Source: Octopus sinensis (taxonomy: Eukaryota). From it: a stretch of DNA of 64,000 bases. The notes under the pieces are model-generated. The model ran no database searches. It was not told the DNA's origin and saw nothing but the letters and a program-made list of their open reading frames with translations. Both the position numbers and the translations under genes were made by a program. Each line of letters starts with the position of its first letter. Within the stretch, counting starts at the first letter, position 1. This document shows positions 50,933 to 63,305 of this stretch, piece by piece. The DNA lies in the NCBI RefSeq assembly GCF_006345805.1, contig NC_043003.1, positions 52,328,001 through 52,392,000 of the forward strand, in the 5' to 3' direction.

Positions 50933-51665
50933 ATACAATAAGATATTACAATGATATGTTAATATATTAAGATATATTAAATGCGTTATAATATAGGTGG
51001 TTCGTTAGCAATTAAAAACCAAAAAGGAATTAATAAATGAGGGTGGTAAATAGCATCAGCGATTCCTAGAAATGAAAGTCAACATTTATCTCGGAAAGCC
51101 ACTTAAACGCCAACCTCATGATATTTACGTGATTCGGGCACAACAAGCTAAACGCTCTTTCCTTTGTAAGATAAACTCACAGACTGAATTAGTTGGACAA
51201 AGCCTTATCACTTGATTTCAAAATTTGATCAGAATAATCTTGTTTCTCGTCAAAGGCCTCTACCACTACTCAGGGTTAAAGAGATAGCCTGCCTCATAAT
51301 AATTCACGAAAAGAAAAAAAACCGTTGATAAGCAACCGCTAAAATTCAAAACGGTTAAAGTTTATATTATCAATACAATAAGATATTATAATGATATGTT
51401 AATATATTAAGATATATTAAATACATTATAATATAGGTGGCTCGTTAGCAATTAAAAGCCAAAAACGAATTAATAAACGAAGATGCAAAATAACACCGGT
51501 GATTGCTAGAAATGAACTATTATGAGGCAGGCTATGTCTTTAACCCTGACTAGTGGTAGAGGCGTCTGACAAGAAACTAAGATCATTCTGATCAAATTTC
51601 GAAATCATGCGATAAAGTTTTGTCCAATTATTTCGTTCCGTGAGTTTATCTCACAAGGGAAAGAT
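50933..51665. repeat. Composite direct + inverted duplication (pseudo-LTR-like)
   Basis: ~50933-51075 is repeated directly at ~51372-51515; ~51160-51301 is repeated inverted at ~51517-51660. Confidence 0.7.
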
Positions 51666-51689
51666 TGACGAAGTCATTTGTGGCTCAGA

Positions 51690-53600
51690 CTTTGTTTTGC
51701 CTATATCGACGACTTGTTGATTGCTGGTCTTACGGAAGAGCAGCATGAACAGCATTTAGAACAACTTTTTACTAGATTGTCACAGTTCGACGTGATAATT
51801 AACCCTTGCAAATGTCTTTTTTTTGGTCTCTCTTCTATTACATTTTTGAACATATTATTTAATAAAAATGGAATTCGTCCATTAGAGAAAAATGTCGATG
51901 TCAATACAAATATCTCTGTTATGTCATTGCTAAGGAAGTTATGAGAATTTCTCGGCCTCATTAATTTCTACAGAGGATTTATTCAGCACTGTACGGAAAC
52001 CATATTTCCACTAACTGAGTTGCTATGAAATCGTAAACAAACAAGCAAACAAACTCGAGGCTATTTCTCTAAATGCGGCAGAATTGCAATCTCTTAATGA
52101 TATCGAAGAAAAGTTCGCTAAAATTACACTATTAGCCCATCCGGTACCTGAAGCTCCTCTATTATTGACAGTTGATGCATCTGATGTTGGAATCGGTGGG
52201 ACATTGCAATAATTTCTTCAAGATACTTCGCAACCCCTTCCTTTTTTTCCTCCTAGCGCTTCAAACCTGCAGAAACGAGGTTCAACACTTTTGGAAGAGA
52301 ATTTTCGCTGCTTATTTATCTGTTAGGTATTTTCGACATTTCTTAGAAGAATGACATTTTTCCATTTATACTGATTATAAGCCGTTGACGTATACATTGC
52401 ATGCTAATTCTGATAAATACTCTCCTAGAGATATTAGAGACCTTGGTTTTATTTCGCACTTCACTGTGGATATTCGTTACAACACGGATGCTGATAATTT
52501 TGCAATAGACACCTTATCCCGATTCTATATCAATGCTTCGGATGCCACCGATACTATTGGCCTACAAAAAAATTGCTTTGGGTCAAAAGGCTAATGAAGA
52601 GTTGTTACAACTCGTACCTCAGAAACATCTCTAGATCTTCGTCAATTACTACAACATTCTAGTGATTCGTTTATATGATGTAATGTTTCTATTGGATTTT
52701 CTGTACTGTACGTCCCAAACAGTCATAGACGAACCGTTTTTTCCACTTTCGCTAGTTCTGATGCTCGATTCAAGCATATCCACGTAGATATTGTGGGTCC
52801 TCTTTCACTAATTCAGGATAAAATGTTTCTTTTGACCTATATAAATAATTTTCCCAGATGATCTGAAGCCATACCGACTAAGGACATTTCATCCCTTACA
52901 GTTGCAAAGACACTTAAGGCTGAGCAGATTTCATGTTTTGGAATAACGTCAGGGTCGTCAGTTTAAATCCAATCATTTTGCCGACCTATCTAACCTGTTA
53001 GGTACGCGCCAAATTTGTACTACAGCTTGTTGCCCCATATTTAACAGAATGATAGAACGCTTTCATCGACAGCTTAAAGCAGATTTGTGAGCATATTCTG
53101 ATTCAGATCAATGGTTAGACGTCCTGCCGATTGCATTATTAAGTTTACGTTCCGTTGTTAAGGAGGACCTTGGTTACTTCCCGGCAGACTTATTGAATGG
53201 TTCTCCATTTACATTGCTTGGTCAAATGACTACAGCTACTCAACATCATGATGCTACAAATTATATTCATCGGCTGCGAAATTACATGACATCGACACCT
53301 GAACACATTTTTGTACGCAACAATGCAGTCAAGCATCCTTTCCGAGAGTTTATTCCCGCCCGTATTGTATGTTAAAAAGCTATTATATGGTTTTGGACAT
53401 TCAGGGAAGACAGCAAACTGTTAGTGGTGATCAACTTAAACAGGCTTTCGCCTAATCTATTCTTCTATCACAACACTCCACTTTCTCTTCTACTATACCT
53501 GCTCAATCTACGCATAAACATAACATTATCTAACAACAGTGCATCTCTTAACGACAGAGTAACTAGGAGTGGAAAACGAGGGCATTAGTCGGTTGGATAC
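51690..53600 (+). mobile_element. Ty3/Gypsy (CsRn1-like) pol relic
   Basis: FAYIDDLLIA, EFLGLINFYR, LTVDASDVGIGG, TDYKPL, RFKHIHVDIVGPL, MIERFHRQLK; heavily frameshifted. Confidence 0.88.
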
Positions 53601-53621
53601 ACTCGCACATACTTTTATTGT

Positions 53622-54006
53622 GGAGGCGCAATGGCCCAGTGGTTAGGGCAGCGGACTCACGGTCATAGGATCGCGATTTCGATTCCCAGACCGGGCGTTG
53701 GGAGTGTTTATTGAGCGAAAACACCTAAAGCTCCACGAGGCTCCGGCAGGGGATGGTGGTGATCCCTGCTGTACTCTTTCACCACAACTTTCTCTCACTG
53801 TTACTTCCTGTTTCTGTTGTACCTGTATTTCAAAGGGCCGGCCTTGTCACTCTCTGTGTCACGCTGAATATCCCCGAGAACTACGTTAAGGGTACACGTG
53901 TCTGTGGAGTGCTCAGCCACTTACACGTTAATTTCACGAGCAGGCTGTTCCGTTGATTCGGATCAACCGGAACCCTCGTCGTCGTAACCGACGGAGTGCT
54001 TCCATC
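53622..54006 (+). mobile_element. tRNA-derived SINE family D, full length with 14-bp TSD
   Basis: Head GGAGGCGCAATGGCCCAGTGGTTAGGGC...GATTTCGATTCCC; TSD CACATACTTTTATT at 53606-53619 and 54007-54020; 3' stem-loop GTTCCGTTGAT-TCGG-ATCAACCGGAAC. Confidence 0.88.
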
Positions 54007-54599
54007 CACATACTTTTATTAACACAAAATACTCACAACAAAAACAGTTTTTCTTTTATAATTCTCAAACAAAAAGAAAAAGAACTGCAGAACTTTGTAT
54101 TTTCTATGAGTTTTTTTTTATTGTTGCATGAGCATTCTTTTCAGTCATTTTTTTTTTTCAGTATTCAATGTGTATTTTTCTTTTTCTTTATATTTCTGTC
54201 GAGCTTTCTCTTTTTATATGAATTTAGTTCCGTTCTTTAACAGCCCATACAAAAGAGCTGGGAAGAGGCTACTTGTCGTAGATTCGAAACCGAATCGCTG
54301 AATAGCTGAGCAGATACCACGGTGAGATCACTGTCATTTCATGTGATCGGTTGATTAACCGACCAATCAGTGTGAAGCTATCAGGAGATTCAACTCGACC
54401 TTCTAGAACATTCTCCTAAGCCCTATATAAAGGCTTTTTTGAGGTAGCTGCTTTAGCCGCATTGCAGCTTAGAAGACAGATTTTCTCATGAATATAGCGC
54501 AGCTGCAGAATGATATACAGTTTGTCGTAGATTCCAGTAATATGTCTCTTCCAAAGTGTAAATGTCGCTGTTATTTTTCATCCAAAGACCAATACAGAA

Positions 54600-55350
54600 A
54601 ACACTATTCTTTTATTTGTTTCAGTCATTTGACTGCGTTCATGCTGGAGCACTGCCTTAAAGGATGTTAGTCGAAGAAATCGACACAGGACTTATTCTTT
54701 GTAAGCCTAGTACTTATTCTATCTGTTTCTTTTGCGGAAACGCTAAGTTACGGGGACATAAACATACCGGCATCGGTTGTCAAACGATGGCACACACACA
54801 CAGAGTTGGAATTTACAAAAAACAAAACAAAACAAAAGACGAAGACGGGTGTGTAAACAACAAACATGTATTAGTTTAACGCTCGGGAAGTGAGAAAGTC
54901 ATTTATGTTTCGAGCCTACGCTCTCCAACAGAAAGGAACACAGAAATAAGCAGAGAGAGAGAGAGAGAGAGAGAAAAAAAGTTTAGTGGCTAGCGATCAA
55001 TCATGGCGAATATATATATATATATAAATCTTTTTTCGTAATGCGATAAAAAACCCAAGACTGTGTAGATTTTAGAACATTTATAGACAGAAGGTCTGAC
55101 AGCTGTTTCCAGGATATTTATATCCCTTCATCGCGGACGGTGTGAGAGGATGGTTAAATCATAGTTAATTTAGATAAGATACATTATATATATATATATA
55201 ATAAGCTTCTTCCAGTTTCCGTCTACCAAATCCACTCACAAAACTTTGGTCGGGCCAAAGCTCTAGTGGAAGATAATTCCCCAATGTGCCAGTAGTGGGA
55301 CTGAACCCGGAACCATGTGGTTGGGAAGCAAACTTCTTACCATATAGCCA
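54600..55350 (-). mobile_element. SINE-B split by a Penelope-like insert (~54810-55200)
   Basis: Tail at 54600-54800 and head at 55205-55350; the intervening segment carries a hammerhead-like motif. Confidence 0.65.
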
Positions 55351-55734
55351 TGTGCAGTAAATAAAGCTTCTGTTAATTGTTCGTGCGTGTTGTTAATCAT
55401 TTTGACGCGTAGTCTTAGGAAGACATAGTCATTCTCCACCAACATTAAATTCACAAGCACAACACCATCTCGACACTCGGAACAAGCGTTTTCTATAGAA
55501 TTTACAGGTGAAACTTGTAATTTTAAAGGGGTATCATCTAAAACGCTTAATACATTACCTGCAGGTACAATAAACATGGGTACCTGTGGATGCAGCATCA
55601 TTCATGATCTTAATAATAATAATAAAGAAAACCGTATTTTAGTTTCCTTTGTTTTATAAGTTTACTTTCGTCACTCAGTTTCTTTCGAATTTTGCTTTTG
55701 CTTCAGTGCATTCTAAAATAAGGTTTAACAATAA

Positions 55735-56010
55735 ATGAGTGTTCCAGTTGATCCGATCAACGGAACAGCCTGCTCGTGAAATTAATGTGTAGGTGGCTGA
55801 GTACTCCACAGACATGCATTACCTTAACGTAGTACTTAGGGAGATTCAGCGTGACACAGAATGTGACAAGGCTGACCCTCTGAAATACAGGTATGACTTA
55901 TTTTTGCCATCTGAGTGGACTGGACCAACGTGAAATAAAGTGTCTTGCTCAAGGACACAACGCATCGCCGATTTTCGATCATGAACCGAATATCCTGACC
56001 TCAAAGCCAG
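55735..56010 (-). mobile_element. Chimeric SINE (family C head/core + family D tail)
   Basis: 55920-56010 matches the C core; 55740-55890 matches the D tail at 53845-53975. Confidence 0.65.
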
Positions 56011-56099
56011 GCGATTTCACATAAATAACAATGTAGGTGCTAAGATAATGACCGAATGGAATGCTAACCATCCCTGAACATCAGGATACATAATATGCT

Positions 56100-56560
56100 T
56101 TTCTACTCTAGGCACAAGGCCCGAAATTTTTTTGTGGGGAGTGGACCAGTCGATTAGATCGATCCCAGTATGCAATTGATACATAATTTATCGACCCCGA
56201 AAGGATGAAAGGCAAAGTCGACCTCGGCGGAATTTGAACTCAGAACGTAGCGGCAGACGAAATACCTATTTCTTTACTACCCACAAGGAGCTAAACACAG
56301 AGGGGACAAACAAGGACAGACACACGGATTAAGTCGATTATATCGACCCCAGTGCGTAACTGGTACTTATTTAATTGACCCCGAAAGGATGAAGGGCAAA
56401 GTCGACCTCGGCGGAATTTGAACTCAGAACGTAACGGCAGACGAAAATACGGCTACGCATTTTGCCCAGCGTGCTAATGTTTCTGCCAGCTCGCCGCCTT
56501 ATTTCTTTATTGCCTACAGGAGGCTAAACATAGAGGAGACAGACAACAAGGACAGACAAA
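56100..56560 (-). mobile_element. SINE-A dimer/array
   Basis: Full monomer with tail A joined to a truncated monomer with tail B; junction identical to 23001-23025. Confidence 0.85.
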
Positions 56561-57140
56561 GGGATACATTATATGGCAGGATATATATCAGGATACATTA
56601 TATGGCAAACAAAATATAATTATGAAATAACAAAGACAAATTTTATTAATGCTTGTCAAGGTGATAAATGTTTTGATGCTAGTATTTGCCATGTTCTGGC
56701 ATCGTTGAATAAAATACGAGTTTTTACAGATGTAGGTATTTAATAACAATGAAATTCACAATGAAGTCCGTGTAGTATTGCTATAGCAGTTGTTCTCCTC
56801 TTCTATGTCCTGTTTTCACTGCCTAACAGCGATCTTATTCAAGGACATAAAAAATTTACTGACAGCAAGCAATTTTTCAAGGTCCAAATGTAATATTTTT
56901 CAGTGACATTTATAATTGTATAAAATGTTCAGAAATGTAATAATGAAAGATATTTTTCATTGGAAATAGTAAAAAATATAATGATGGATTTTTTTTTATG
57001 GGGAAAAATAGGTGGAACAAATTTTTATGGATCAAGTTTGTGAAAATAATTAAGCAATTATATATATATATATACATTTTCAATTGATAGATCCGAAGTA
57101 AAATATAAAACAGTCGTGGTTTGAAAGAAGCATTATTTTT

Positions 57141-57426
57141 TTACATTTTTGTAGTATCTTCAGAATTATTTGTGTGTGTAACTGCATTGTTTGCTTGACT
57201 AGGCTTACGAATACTTTTTTCCGTGTCTCTCCTTGTTGACGTGTAGTTCGTTTCTCTTTCGGAATCACGAGTGCAAGCATTTATCTGTACAACTGTATTA
57301 TTTGCTTGACTAGGCTTACGAAGACTTTTTTCAGTATCTCTCCTTGTTGATGTGAAGGTCGTTTCTCTTTCTGAATCATGACTGCAAATGCTGCTGACGC
57401 AATTCGATCCGCTGCCCCTTGTCCAA
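57141..57426 (-). CDS. Candidate terminal coding exon of an unidentified host gene, with a 111-bp (37-codon) internal duplication
   Basis: Good acceptor CTCCTTATTTTCAG| at 57427. One frame is open for 94 aa (WTRGSGSNC...DSERETTFTSTRRDTEKSLRKPSQANN x2...TTKM*); a second frame is open for 48 aa. Not a recognised TE. Confidence 0.5.
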
Positions 57427-57856
57427 CTGAAAATAAGGAGTGTAAGTTCTAACTGATTTTCTCAGACAAATAATGTTTTAATCAAATATAAATAGACTGA
57501 TAAATTTAAATATAAATAAACTGATGATTCTTATGATTTAAAAGTATAGTTCTTCACACAAATTCACCTTATGTATGTATGTGTTCGAAATTTCCTATAT
57601 TAAAGATCACACTGTAAGAGCAAAATATGTTATTTTACAGATTTAATGCTTCATCAAAGAAAACTAACTTTCACTAATTCATAAATAGTTCCTATGAAAT
57701 ACGATTTTTTGGATCTGTAAAACTCATTTGAATTATTTCAGAATATTATTGTGAAATCTCAGTATGTTTCATAACAGTCTAAAAATTTTCCCCACAATAT
57801 GTGACGTCAACCATTTAGGAGTAGACTTTAATCAAATTATGTTATACCATATTTGC

Positions 57857-58051
57857 TAATGCATAATGTCCAGAAAAATGGATGCAGGAAAAATTACTAT
57901 TACTTGTTTCGTGCGTGTGTAAAGTTGGTTTGTTTGTACGCAGCACCAGCTCATTCATAGAGCACTAGTTTAGAAACAGACTACACCAGAAATAAGCTCA
58001 ATTGGTAATTGCAATTTTTCCTGCGTCCATTTTTCTGGACGCCATGCATTA
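57857..58051. mobile_element. ~195-bp MITE with 38-bp TIRs
   Basis: TAATGCATAATGTCCAGAAAAATGGATGCAGGAAAAATT is inverted at 58013-58051. Confidence 0.7.
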
Positions 58052-58727
58052 ATAGGTAAAAAAAAAACTGCTTCATAATCAAATTTTAAAATGCGAATGC
58101 AGCGAGGCTCCCATCTACATTTAAATAATCTTGCTTAAATTTCCAATTTAGAACTAAGGCCTAATTATACTTCAATAAAACGCAAGACGAATAATGAGAA
58201 CGCCTATGTGAACTTTTTTAACTAGTAAGCCGGTAAACTTAACAAAAAGGAAAAAAATATCTGAGTAAAATCCCTGCAAAATTATATTTCCGAAGATTCT
58301 AGAAGTTACGCTATGAATGGTGAAAAAAATACAAAACGAATAATAAAGTGATAACACGATTGAGAAGACTGGAGGCACAATGTCCAGAGAAAAATAATAA
58401 TAAAAAAAAGGATAAAAAACCTGGATACAAGAAGGCTGCCGAAGTGGGCACAATCAGAAAACAAAAGGGGAACAAATTGCTCTAGTACGCTGGAAAACAA
58501 TTTCTTTCCAATACAGTTTAAGCAGAGATTAACCTCGATTAACCAAATTTTTCTTTGGTTTAGGGCAATCTAATTCAGCTTTGAAATTGAGATATAATGA
58601 AGATTTCCAAGGAAAAAAAAATCAGTAGCTTCTATCAGCCACAGACAGCATTTTGCCTCTCTCTGTCTCTCTCTCTCTCTCTCCTTGTCTGTTCGTCTGT
58701 CTCTCACTCACACACGCACACACACTT

Positions 58728-59300
58728 TTTCTTTATTACTCACTAGGGGCGACACAGAGGGGACACCACAAGACATGGGGACATAGAACATTACAATTAA
58801 ATTTATGAAGAATGAATTATTACATGAAAATAATAATATGAAAGCGATGCTAAAGGCCCCATCCGTTAGCATCACTTACCTGTCCTTTGGTTTTCACCGT
58901 CACTTAAATGTTCATTCCCAATACGAAGACCTTCCATATCCATTCTTACTCCGAAATACTCCTCCATATTTTCCACGAATTCATCGCTCATTCTTGTGTC
59001 TTTCACCTCCCAATTCTCCCTTTCACACCTGAACACAAACTCATCTATTCTCTTCTTTTCAATCACAGCATACCTGGTCTCACCAACTTTGCACCATTTA
59101 TACTCTTCCATTAGCCTTTTAACTTCTTTCTGTTCTGTCATAGTACAAATGTTCGGCCTGATGTCAAATTCAGTCTCTTGTCTGTCTGTATTATTTTTTT
59201 TCTTTTGTTTTCTTGTTGGAGGGGAGCGGGTTGGTTCACTGTCTGCAGGGATAGGGTGGGTCTCAGAGGGACACACACACACATACACACACCCTGACAA
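58728..59300 (-). mobile_element. Short Tx1-related element: ORF1-like C-terminus directly followed by a Tx1-type 3' end
   Basis: Open frame 58872-59300; hairpin at 58846-58873; terminus GTCCCCTCTGTGTCGCCCCTAGTGAGTAATAAAGAAAAA resembles 10372-10410. Confidence 0.55.
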
Positions 59301-59786
59301 CTTTCTTTACCTTCCTCCTTCTACACGCTTATTTATTGGCAGTAACCGGATAAAAGACGGTGGCAATAAATGGTCCGTTATTCACAACTCGAGTTTCTGC
59401 ATTTTTTCCAACTCGTCACAGTTGAGTAACAATTTAAGACAATTGAATGGAATCTGTGACAAATTATTGACTATCTTTTGTCACTTCATTCCATACACAC
59501 AGTGATTATTTAATAGTTACAGGTCTGAGGATATTGAGATCATCACTCCATTCTTTCACCAGACTGGGAGACTCTTAAAAACGATGCCTTTTTCCTCCGA
59601 AACCATAAAATATGTAATCATATTTTCCACTGCAAATTATCTACCAGGGACGTTTTAGCAGTAATTAGACTCCTAGAAGCATTGCACTGAGTTTTATAGT
59701 ATTAAATGACAGATCACAGTAGATATAGATTAACCTCGAGCCCCGAGACCTGTGCGAACCTGCTTTAAGACAACACAATCACTTAC

Positions 59787-59834
59787 ATAAACAGTTCCTA
59801 CAAAAGTCATTACGGGCTTCCATCATTATGTAGT
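59787..59834 (-). CDS. Candidate 48-nt internal exon (phase 1-1): YIMMEARNDFCRNCL
   Basis: Acceptor TATTTTCAG| and donor |GTAAGT; only one frame is open. Confidence 0.3.
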
Positions 59835-59939
59835 CTGAAAATACATTGCGTAAAACTCTTCGTGTTGTTTTAACTAGTGATAAACACAATCTGTTGTTTT
59901 AAACTAGTTATATGGTGATTTTCCAACCTAAACCAAACT

Positions 59940-60150
59940 CTTTACATACTCTTTTACTCTTTAATTTGTTTCAGCCATTTGACTGCGGCCATGCTGGAGC
60001 ACCGTCTTTAGTCAAACAAATCGACCCCTGGACTTATTCTTTATTAGCCCAGTACTTATTCTATCGGTCTCTTTTTCCCGAACTGCTAAGTTACGAGGAC
60101 CTTAAACACACCAGCATCGGTGGTCAAGCGATGGAGGAGGGGGAACATAC
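59940..60150 (-). mobile_element. SINE-B tail
   Basis: Matches 2150-2340. Confidence 0.8.
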
Positions 60151-60339
60151 ACACATATATATATATATTAATAGTAATGGTAAGACAACAAAAGAATGAA
60201 AGAGACCTCAATATTATGTAAATAGAGGAATTTATCTGTAATATAATATATGACAATTATTCGGTTGCCATAATAAGACTCCGAGTTTCGGATGTCAGGG
60301 CAGAAACCTGTCAGGGCAGAATTAGAAACATGCTGCGAG

Positions 60340-60850
60340 TAGGGTGGCCAGTCTCACTCAGAAATACGATAAGAGGAAGCTGTCCTCGAAAGGTCAGCTG
60401 GAAGTAGCGAACACCTATACCTCTTCGATAGGGAACTAGCTCTTGAACAGTATATCTTGACGCAGGAATATTCGATCAAACTGAATCGCATGCTTTTTCA
60501 CTTCTTGTGGAAGGGGCAGGTTTAGCTGGTTAGGAAGGTCATTTATTGTCAACACTCACTCCATGGGGAACGGGGTCTAGGGATACCGTTACTGATAATA
60601 TACAGGCATATATTAAAACTAAGATATTTCTAGAGATTCTTTCATAACGATGATGAAAAAGGAAGGTCACCGATTATGAAACACGTCTCTCTCTAACTAA
60701 TCATCTCTGTTGTTAGCTGTATTCATGAATCAAGTGCAAACCGAACTAGGAATATTTCCAGGCACCAGTTGGCAAATGCGTTCTGTGGAACCGTCACACT
60801 AGCTTTCTGTGAAAGGTTGGTGGAATATGAGCTGTCACGCTGTGAACCCT
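60340..60850 (+). mobile_element. Old Tx1-clade ORF2 fragment
   Basis: RKLSSKGQLEVANTY...KLNRMLFHFLWKG...GLGIP aligns by eye to the 11450-11680 region of the full element. Confidence 0.7.
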
Positions 60851-62204
60851 GAGCCAAAGCTAAGAAGACAGAAGGTGCAAAACAGTTAACTCAATTGTTA
60901 CACTTTCAGCTTAGTTGAGTTACAAAACGAATAAAAGAATAAACAGGATTAAAAGACTGCTGTTTCAGTTGCTCCACCACCAGTCATATAACCGATTCCA
61001 GCTCCGAGGATGGTTTGAAAACTCGTCTCTATCTCGGTTTCAGAAATGAACAACATCTAGACATCCTGCGCCAATCCGAAAATGTCACAGAAGGTCATTT
61101 TGCGTACCGTATCTGAGGTGGACGGTGTCGAAATCTCCTCTTGAAATAGTGCCACCCTATTTACTTGCGAGGATTTGGACCAGATGGATCCTGACGGGGG
61201 AGGAAAGACTACCTCGAGCAGCCACAACAGACGATATCAGTGAGGAACTAAGGGAAAGAAAAAGCTACGAATATAAGCAACAGCAGCAAGTAGCACCTAT
61301 TGCAGTGAAGCTAAGGATCAAGGGATTTGCCCTGTCTTCGATACAAGAAAGCAGACAGATTTTGACTCAACTTCTCTGTAATCTTACATTTAATTGTAAT
61401 GGTGAAGACCGAGAGTAGACAGACTGATATTGGCATCCAGCTTAATGAGAAAAGAAAAAAACAAACAAAAAAAAAGCAAAGCAGGAAATGGGTAAAAAAG
61501 TTGGGATCGGTCTCATTAGAAAGTTTACAGAATGGTGAAGATGAACTGTGAACTTTGAAAATACTGAGACTTGTGCAGCTTCTCAGCTATCAAAAAATGC
61601 TCTAACTTTTCGACCGGCTAGAATGTGATGGGAACGGTTTGATCTAAAACACACATCATTGGAGAATCATTGGAGAAGTTTACAAGCGAGATACATTTGT
61701 CTGGATGTGATTTTTTTCTTGGATGAAACAATTCAAGACATGTTTACAAATGATTTCAGCGATCTCTAGGAAGCATAAAATGTTCGGTGAGCAAGTAAAA
61801 ACGTGGGTCACACTGATTCGACTTAACTATGGGTTGCCACTTGTATGTGGATAACTAACATTTTTCATGTCTTAAGTACTGTGTTCTATCATATTTTTAA
61901 TATTTCGTGTTTTATTTCATTATAAACATCGGTTATTGTTTAACATTTTCAGCCTCCTTCGTATATATACAGCTTTGTTGAATCCTACGAGTATTGTAAG
62001 CTACATTGTTTATCTGGTTACTGTACTGTATTGTATGTTTCAATGCCTTGTGACTAATAAAGAAACAACTATTATTCATGTTAAGTAAAATTAAATAAAT
62101 AAAAGTCGTTCCCGATTCATAGACTTATAAGGTCGGTTTCTTGGATTCTGTGGCATATATCTTCCACCCTCGCCTCGCTGGACGGAACGCCGGTCCGTCG
62201 CAGG

Positions 62205-62750
62205 ATTGCTCATTTTATTTTTGCTATGTGAGTGGACTAGGGCAATGTGAAATGAAATGTTGTTCTGAAGAACCCAACACATCGTCCGGCATAGGAATTG
62301 AAACCACAACCTTACGATCATGAGTGCAGCGCCCAACCACTAGGTCACGCGCCTCAACATTCCTTAATCGGAGAACCCTTCCTCACAAATTTCTGGCCTT
62401 GAGCTTATGATATAGTGAAGGCGCATGGCTCAGTGGTTAGAGCGTCGAGCTTACGATCGTGAGGTTGTGAGTTCGAATCTCGGACCGGACTGCGTGTTGT
62501 GTTCTTGAGCAAGACTCTTAATTTCACGTTGCTCCAGTTCACTCAGCTGTAGAAATGAGTTGCGACGTCACAGGTGCCAAGCTGTATCGGCCTTTGCCTT
62601 TCCCTTGGATAACACTGGTGGCGTGGAGAGGGAAGGCCGGTATGCAGGGGCGACTGCTGGTCTTCCATAAACAACCTTGCCCGGACTTGTGTCTGGAAGG
62701 ATAACTTTGCAGGTGCTATCCCATGGTCATTCATGACCGAAAGGGGTCTC
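62205..62750. mobile_element. SINE-C pair (62205-62360 minus; 62419-62750 plus)
   Basis: Head GGCGCATGGCTCAGTGGTTAGAGCGTCGAGC...GAGTTCGAATC, core and tail as in other copies. Confidence 0.85.
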
Positions 62751-63054
62751 AGCTTTTGATAGAAATATTAGTTTCAAATTTCAGCTGCCCGCCCTATGTT
62801 GGAAAATATTATCCTTGTTACATGCCATTGCAAGACATATTTCATGTGTTCTCATAAATGGATTACGTTTTGTCTTAGATATTTATGCGGAAATGTTATA
62901 TAGAAAGTGATGAGATTATCGTTTGTTAACGATCTTTTTTTTGTAATCATATTTACATAAAACATCCGGCTTCTAGCAAAAATATCTCGAACCTTCTCTC
63001 CTCCAGGGAAGATTAATCTTCGAAACAGTAAAACAAAACGAACAAAATATTCTT

Positions 63055-63219
63055 TTCTACTCTAGACACGAGGCCCGAAATTTTCGGGGAGGGGACTAGT
63101 CAATTAGATTGACACCAATACGCAGCTGGTACTTAATTTATCGACCCCGAAAGCAAAGTCGACCTCAGCGACATTTTAACTCAGAACGTAAAGACTGGCG
63201 AAATACCGATAAGCATTAT

Positions 63220-63279
<60 letters not shown>

Positions 63280-63305
63280 GTATAATCTATCTATCTATCT
63301 ATCTA

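Noticed and set aside
51565-51610. CTGACAAGAAAC and CTGATCA...GAAA motifs (also 54258-54295)
   Set aside because: Hammerhead-like words, but stem II is absent or the core cannot form the 3-8 pair.
55263-55601. 112-aa minus-strand ORF with protein-like composition
   Set aside because: No recognisable motif, its end runs into a SINE, and no clear splice context; not supportable without a homology search.
60950-61500. 97-aa ORF possibly derived from a Tx1 ORF1
   Set aside because: Similarity is too weak by eye to assign.
62419-62495. tRNA-like sequences (also 53622, 25385, 22782)
   Set aside because: A/B boxes are present, but there is no closed acceptor stem, and each continues into a shared SINE core and tail; these are SINE heads, not tRNA genes.
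62957-63017. Possible 61-nt exon (LIFPGGEKVRDIFARSRMFY) and a possible 58-nt exon near 61530-61585
   Set aside because: Weak splice sites (AAG acceptor; GTAAAT and GTAAAC donors). An in-phase chain to the 59.8-kb exon can be built, but is expected by chance.
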